A stretch of DNA of 58,874 nt, counting the filler, from Basidioascus undulatus (lineage: Eukaryota), in assembly GCA_000826855.1 (NCBI GenBank). It is 3 parts of 3 records of this genome, joined end to end, with 100 filler letters (N's around TTAATTAATTAA, not from the genome) between each part and the next. Parts side by side here need not be neighbours in the genome. Positions count along the whole stretch, not along the records: positions 39,325 to 58,874 come from JTLS01000413.1; 2 more parts are not named here. One strand, 5' to 3'. The position numbers and the translations under genes are program-made. The first letter of the stretch is position 1. Each line of letters opens with the position of its first letter. Of this stretch, positions 52,667 through 58,874 are shown in pieces. Under the pieces are notes generated by a model. That model saw nothing but the letters and a program-made list of their open reading frames with translations. It ran no database searches and was not told the DNA's origin.

Positions 52667-53388
52667 CCTTCAAACGATCGTGGTGGTGGTGCAAGGACAA
52701 GTTGGCGGAATGCGGGCTTTGTTCAAGGAGGCGGACATGCCGGCGTGAGCGATCACCCACGTTGTCGCAAGTTGTCGATTGAAATGACCGCCCCAAAAAG
52801 TTCCCTCGGCTGTTCATTATGCATATTCTGCTCACACGAAGAGATCTTCGCGGGTTGATCGCGGCGAAGCCAGCTTCAACGCCGCGGCCTTCCATTCAAA
52901 AGCCAGTGGGCGTCAAATCTCCGTGTCTTGTGGGAAATCAGTTAATCTATCCAGAATAAAAGTCTACCCAAAAGAAAAGACAATGGAGTGGGGGGTCGCA
53001 CGTCCTATTGTGTGTTTCCCATCCCAACTCGACCTGTTTGAGGGAAGAGACGGAGTAAGCATGATCACTACAATCGCCAAAGTCACAAAGTACCAGTGCG
53101 ATCGCTTACCTGGCCTTCCTACTGTCAGCGTGCGCGATCGCTTCAGCATGTCTGCGGGATGCCAAAGGGTAACGGCTCCGAGCACCCTAGAACCGGCGAC
53201 GCGGCGACGCAGCGATGCTGCGGCACGGGTGCTCTACATGTCAGGCTCTTTGTACCTAGAAGAGAACACATGAGACGCTGTACCGATGTAGAGTTATTCT
53301 CATCTGCTGAAGGCTTGCACCGACGATGAGCAGCCGTGCGCCCCAACGCGGGCAGTACAAAAGCGTGCTCACCGATACAAGGAACCAT

Positions 53389-53934
53389 CTATCCCCTCTC
53401 CTTTACCGCCTTCCCCCATTCTGCTAGGTCCAGCTCATCACACCTCCTCATCAAGATCGCGCTGAGCACGACCCCGGCCTCGACGTGCAGTCCCTCAGCG
53501 CCCATGACCACAGGCAGATACTTTTGCTCCTTCGCCACCATACTCTACTCCCACATGCGCAAATCCTAAGTGATCCTTCGACATGTGGAAAAGAGATAAT
53601 CAACTGTGAATTGCTCACCGGCTCGAGGTCGCCCATCACCATCACGGAGCTTTTCAGCGGCGGACACGCCGAGGCGAGGCTCCCTGTGAGGCAGAGGGAG
53701 AGGTCGACGAAGAGGGCATGCTTGTTGTATGCGATGAGAGCGAGCGTTGTCCATGAATCCCAGGCTACCACGCTAGAAAAGCCACAAGGTGATGAGCGAT
53801 TCGAAGGGAACTAAGCCCGAAGTTGAGGTATGTGGGTCCCACCGTCCGGCCGTGCGGATCTTCTTGCGAAGATGCTTAGATGCATCGATCGAAGGGAGCG
53901 CGATGTTCTGCGCTGACTCTGGTAGTCGGGACAT
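53389..53934 (-). CDS. TEN1: Ten1-like OB-fold protein (CST telomere-capping complex), three exons
   Basis: Predicted MSRLPESAQNIALPSIDASKHLRKKIRTAGR|VVAWDSWTTLALIAYNKHALFVDLSLC...VMVMGDLEP|...GVVLSAILMRRCDELDLAEW, about 135 aa. It fits the recalled KxRxxGR / VD / VxGxLE / LDL pattern of fungal Ten1. Confidence 0.6.
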
Positions 53935-54199
53935 CGATGTGAGCGTAAAAGGGTGCAGATTTGAAGACGAGGACGCGGGAGGAAGACAAGAACAAGAAGC
54001 GTTTCGACGCGGCGTTTGATTTCGATCCAGCGTTTACGTAACGCAAAGCAAGCACCGATAAGCGTCGGGATCTCGGCCGAGTCCATCGCCAGGCATCTTC
54101 AACCGACTGGCGAGAAACGCCTCGTGCGGGCTTTCAGTTCGTCTTCATTCATCTTTCTCAGCGTCCCATGTGCAGCTGATGTACAACGTCCTCCGGTTC

Positions 54200-55108
54200 A
54201 GCCTCAGCAGATCCCGATCATGTTGGACAACGCCGAGTCTGTGTCAAGGGCTACCGAACCGACGTCCTCGTCTCGGACCTCCACTGGGCGTTCACGATGT
54301 ACTTCCACGTCGACCCCGAGTTCTTCGAGTACGAGATCCGCAGTGGAATACGCGGCCTCTCCACCCAGGCTCTACCTCTCGCTCGAGTCTCAGGCGGCGA
54401 GCAAGAGACCTACGTCCGCATCCCCATCTTGAAGTTTTGGCAGGAGACCGAGCTCGGCAGTCCCGCCTCCAACTACTCGACGGCCTCGCTGAGCGGCTGA
54501 CGAAGACGCTTAGACAGGCCTGCGGATCCGAACCGACCGGTACGTTTGACCTCGTTCTCCTGCTTGTCGCGTCATCTATCCTACGGTCTTACCCTCACCG
54601 TCGGCGATGTGCTTAACAGTCTTCAACCCCTCGGATCCGGATTCCGATGGGGATGTCATTATGATCTTAAGGGCGATTATCTGGCACGGTCCGGGGCTCG
54701 ATCGCGAAGACCGGGGATCCCGTACAAGTGGTTCATCCCGGACGACGTCGTACTGGGCGCCGACCGCGAAGAATCGCCGCTGTTCATCTCCTGCTCCGGC
54801 TCGCTCGACGTCGTGGGCGGTCTCGACACTTCCATCATGGGCCATTTCGGATGGCACGGCATCGACCACAAGGCGTTCTGCAAGGATCTCCATCAGCTCA
54901 ACTGGCGGGATTCTGGTACGTGAATGTGCGCATTTCTACTTGCTTTGGTTTCTCGAATCTGAAACTTTGTTCCTGCCGATACTCAGGGATGGATTCGTTA
55001 GCCCTCCTTGGTCTGGATGCAAGCGGAATCCTTGTCTGTGAGGGTGACCAGCGTGTAGCGATTAAGCAGGAGCTTGCGAGGCGTGGTGTTCCGTTCCCTG
55101 TGTTTTGA
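54200..55108 (+). pseudogene. Hypothetical protein, probably frameshifted
   Basis: Coding-like segments MYFHVDPEFFEYEIRSG and PYKWFIPDDVVLG...FCKDLHQLNWRDSG with intron-like spacers. No clean start and no family recognised. Confidence 0.35.
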
Positions 55109-55492
55109 TATGGACTTGACCTTTGCGTCAATTCCAGAGATCAACGCTGAGACGAGATGTTGCCCGCCTTTTGGTCGTCGCTCTGTGCACCGGCGGAGCC
55201 CATATGCGTCGGACGGTGTCCAGGGGAGTGTGTGTGGTAACCAAGACCGAAGTAGATATTTTTGTCCAGTCAGTATGTAAAATAACCGCTCATGTGAAGT
55301 TCTGGAGCAAGCGGAGGTTGTGTCTGCTCCGATTGCCATGAGGACGCCAGGCCTTACGAACAGCGCCGGAGCGCCCTCACTGTATCCTTGGAACGAATCG
55401 AGAAACCCGGAGTCGTTGGGAATGCAAGGAATCACCGATATGGCACCGTGTTTCCTTGGAAAGGCCTCTGTATCCCTCCAACTCGAATCAAA

Positions 55493-57093
55493 TCAGATCT
55501 GTATGACCGCCCACTCCCCCTCTTCCTCCTCCTTCCCCTCTTTACCCGCTCCTTGCTTCCTCAAGAACCGCTCCTTCCCCTCCGCCCAAAGCAGGTCAAC
55601 GATACCCATGCCCTGCGCCAACCCCCAAAGCAGCGTCGCCGCATAGAAAAAGTTCGCGTTCCCAGTGCCCGTAACGAGCCAGAGGTGCCTAAAGAGCGGC
55701 AAGAGCGCGGCTGCGTAGGCGTACAGCGCGGCAGTGAGGAACGGATGGCGGAGGTGGGGCGTGAGGTGCGGGAAGCAGGAGAGGGCGAGGGCGAGGTAAG
55801 GGAGGGGGGAGGCGAGGGACGGGTAGGGAACGAAGGTCGAGAGCGTCCCGAGCGAGAGGGTCAGCGCGAGGAGCGGGTCGTTGTGCAGGTGGAGAGTGAG
55901 AGGGAGCGCGTAGATGAGGATGTGCGCTTGAAGCGCGAAGGTAAAGAAGGGACGGAAGTGGTCGAATTGCGAGGTGAGGAAGTACCACCAAAGGCCTACG
56001 TTGGGGGTCAGGTCGGGGACGGTTAAACTGGGGATTTGCACGGGATGGAGAGTCAGTACTGCTCGGATTGCGTATAGAAGGTAGAAATGCTAAGACTGAC
56101 AGCGTGCCGTAGACCGAGGAGAGGAAGTCCCAGGAGCCGGCGACGAAGCGGGAGAGGCTGAGAAGTGCGAGCGAGTGGGCGAGGAAGAGCGCGACAGTGG
56201 TGATGATTGTCTACGGGGATTCAAGAATGTTCAGAACTGGTGGAAACCAGGCTTGAAGGACGACACGAGCGTACCGTGCGAGCGGGCACGGCTGGCCGAG
56301 TCTTGGCCAGGAGGAGCGCGAGCGGGGGCAGGAGGAGCGCGGGGTAGAGCGCGAGGTTTGCGCATATGGCCAGGAGGAAGACGGAGAGGGGGAGGTTGGC
56401 TGTGCCCGGGGGAGGGTGTGAGAAGGGAGGGTGTGTGGAGGTGGGGAGAGGACCCACAGGAGACGGCGCTGGCGATGGACCCTGCTATCAACGTGTTGTG
56501 CAGGCTCGAGGTCGTCCGCACCAAAGCAGAGAGGATCGAGAGAGGGTTGAAAAGGTACCTTTTAAACCTCGCATGTCAACCTTGCGTCTGGGTGGGCCAA
56601 CGCAGAGGAAGCCAGACTCACAGCCCCGCGACTTTCCACCCTTCCATCCGGCTCCTCGCCACGCGCGCAAATGCCGCGGCTGCCACTACGTCCACCGCGG
56701 TCCAGTACAAATCCACCACCCACGGATTGTCGAGGGGTACGAGCGTCGAGTGGAGGGCAAGGACGAGGGGCGGGTGGTGTGTGAGGGGGGAGGCGTAGGG
56801 CGAGAGGGGCGTGTGGTGAAGAAGATGGAGGGCTTCGCGGACTGTGTGTGGAGGATCAGTGAGTAAATGAAAGGATGGATAGATGAGAGGTGGTGCGTAC
56901 GCCGGGGGAAGGAAGTCATGGGCGTGCTCAGCTCCAGGCGGGACTCGAGCACCTCGGGGAGGGACGTGGAGAACACCGCGAGGCGGAGGGCTGCGCCTGC
57001 GGCGAGCACGAGTGGGAGCGGTAAAGATTCTGTAGACGCATTACGCGTGCTCTGTGGTGTTTTTGTGTGGGCTGGAGATGTTGAGGAGCCCAT
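55493..57093 (-). CDS. GAB1: GPI transamidase subunit PIG-U/Gab1
   Basis: RLELSTPMTSF, LTVPDLTPNVGLWWYFLTSQFDHFRPFF and HLWLVTGTGNANFFYA, with many TM segments. Confidence 0.93.
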
Positions 57094-57406
57094 TGTGCGT
57101 GAAGATTGTGATGGGAGAAGACAAGAAGCGCGCTGGCTAGCGAGAAACACGTGCATCTGACCGCAACGCCGCGAGACCGCCCCCGACCCGCCGCTTGCTC
57201 TCGTACGCTCACCATCTCGCTCGCTCGCTCTTGATCAACGGCACGCTCATCACTCACACCTGCTCCCATACGCCGCCGTTACTTACGCAGTCCAGTTTCA
57301 GCGTAACTAGCATCCACGTACAGGCGCAAGCGTGCGTCCTTGCTTGAGATCGTGTGCGGAACACGAGGCGGCGGCGGCGATGGACTGACATGGATGGCGC
57401 CGCAGG

Positions 57407-58835
57407 ATGTCTGGCATTCAGGGTACTATCCAGGTGCGATACACACACCATGCTGCTATGAAGATATTCAGAGATGGGCGCTGACAGGATAGCGCACGCT
57501 ATGGCGAGCAGACCCATTACTGGGCCGTCCGAGACTACCTCGCACCTGTGTGTCCTCGACCTCATCGAACACATCACCTCTTTCAGCTGAATTCTCATAA
57601 ACCTCAGGTTCTCCGGAATAGCAAGTTCAAGGAGTCCGGCCAGATCACCCCCGGTACAGCCTCCCTCCCCCTACCTTCCATCCACCCTCCGTAGCGCTCA
57701 TTCGTTCCCCATGTTGCCCTCCTGCACCAGAGGAGTTCGTTGCAGCGGGCGACTTCCTGACGTACAAGTTTCCGACGTGGTCCTGGGCCGCGGGCGACCC
57801 CTCGAAGCGGCGCGACTACCTCCCTGCGGATAAGCAGTACTTGATCACGCGCAACGTGCCCTCGCTCCGTCGCGTCAAGGACGTCGAGTACCAGGATAAG
57901 GACGAGGACGCCGAGAAGTTCCTGAGCTTCCTGGGCGAAGCGGAGGAGGAGGGCAAGGGCGGGGAGGACGACTGGGTCCAGACTCATGCCGGGCGGGGTG
58001 CGTTTCCATCTGCTCCATCCTGCTTCCTTTACCGCGCCGGACTCACTGACATCACCCGCAGAAAACGCCCCCGAATCTGTCCCTTCGCACATCCCCGAAA
58101 TGTCCCCGCCCTCCTCGCCGCCGACGATCACCGCCGACGCGGATCTCTCATCTCAACTGGGGCGCACGCACCTGTCCTCCTCGGGCGGGGGCGAAATCCC
58201 CGATATCGACGACATCCCGGACATCGACGACGACTTTGAGGGCGTGCAGGAGGTCGAGGACCCCGCTGCGGCCGCCGCTGCGGCGCCTGCGCCGGTGGGC
58301 AAGGATGGGTGCGTGTGCAGGCGGGCAGGAATGAGAGCGGGCACTCGGACGGGTCACTGATGAGGTGGAGAACGGATGGATGTCGGTAGGGAGACGGCGG
58401 GGAGCGGACTGCTCAATGTCCGAACGTACGACTGTCTGATCACGTACGACAAGTACTACCAGACGCCCCGACTGTGGCTGCAAGGCTACGACGAGGTGTG
58501 TCCTCCCCTCCCTCCTGAGTCTCTTCCCTCGCTTACTCACCGCTCCCCCACCGCAGCGCCGCGCGCCTCTCACCCACTCGCAAATCCTCGAGGACGTCCC
58601 GCGCGATCACGCGGACAAGACGGTCACGTCCGAGCCTTTCCCGCACAGCGCGTCGAACGCGTCCCTGCTCTCTGTGCACCCGTGCAAGCACGCGAGCGTG
58701 ATGAAGAAGGTCATCGAGCGCATGGACGGCAAGGTCGTCGTCGAGCAGAAGAAGCGCGGCTGGTTTTCGCGCGGGAAGAAGGAGAAGAAGGAGGAGAAGA
58801 AGGAGGAGGGCGAGAAGAAGAACGGGGCCGCTTAA
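57407..58835 (+). CDS. ATG3: E2-like autophagy enzyme Atg3 (conserved C-terminus absent)
   Basis: [77 protein letters not shown] and catalytic [13 protein letters not shown]; the frame stops at TAA 58833-58835. Confidence 0.93.
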
Positions 58836-58874
58836 CGAAGGGTTAATGAATTTATGAAGTGACAAACACCTTGC

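Noticed and set aside
53789..54019. Plus-strand ORF MSDSKGTKPEVE with an apparent GTATGT donor
   Set aside because: It overlaps exon 1 and intron 1 of the better-supported minus-strand Ten1-like gene and runs into a stop after splicing.
41352..58835. ATG15 and ATG3 as an autophagy gene cluster
   Set aside because: They are 14 kb apart with several unrelated genes between them; there is no evidence beyond coincidence.

Overview
This is GC-rich, intron-dense fungal nuclear DNA, almost certainly from a basidiomycete (short GT-AG introns with GTGCGT/GTGAGT donors and CTGAC-like branch sites). Most ORFs in the supplied track are therefore exon pieces or antisense shadows. The window holds three contigs joined by artificial N44-TTAATTAATTAA-N44 linkers. 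Conserved genes I recognise by eye are GET1, RSE1 (SF3B3), an Slt2/Mpk2-type TEY MAP kinase, ORC1, TPT1, STE50 (cut by a gap), ATG15, a CFF1/YML079W cupin, a divergent ERD2/KDEL-receptor-like gene, a Zn2Cys6 transcription factor, a TEN1-like gene, GAB1/PIG-U and ATG3. Decaying accessory sequence lies between them: a ~7.5 kb island of F-box-like paralogues with a frameshifted Dikarya-type RNase HI and a 63-nt nad4-like fragment, a frameshifted RAI1/DXO-like nuclease, BTB and MYND remnants, a cytochrome P450 stub and a degenerate LINE. The most interesting observations are the KDEL-receptor-like paralogue lacking the pH-switch residues, the F-box-like/RNase H island, and two genes whose start codon is split by an intron. 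No database searches were run, and exon boundaries are manual estimates.
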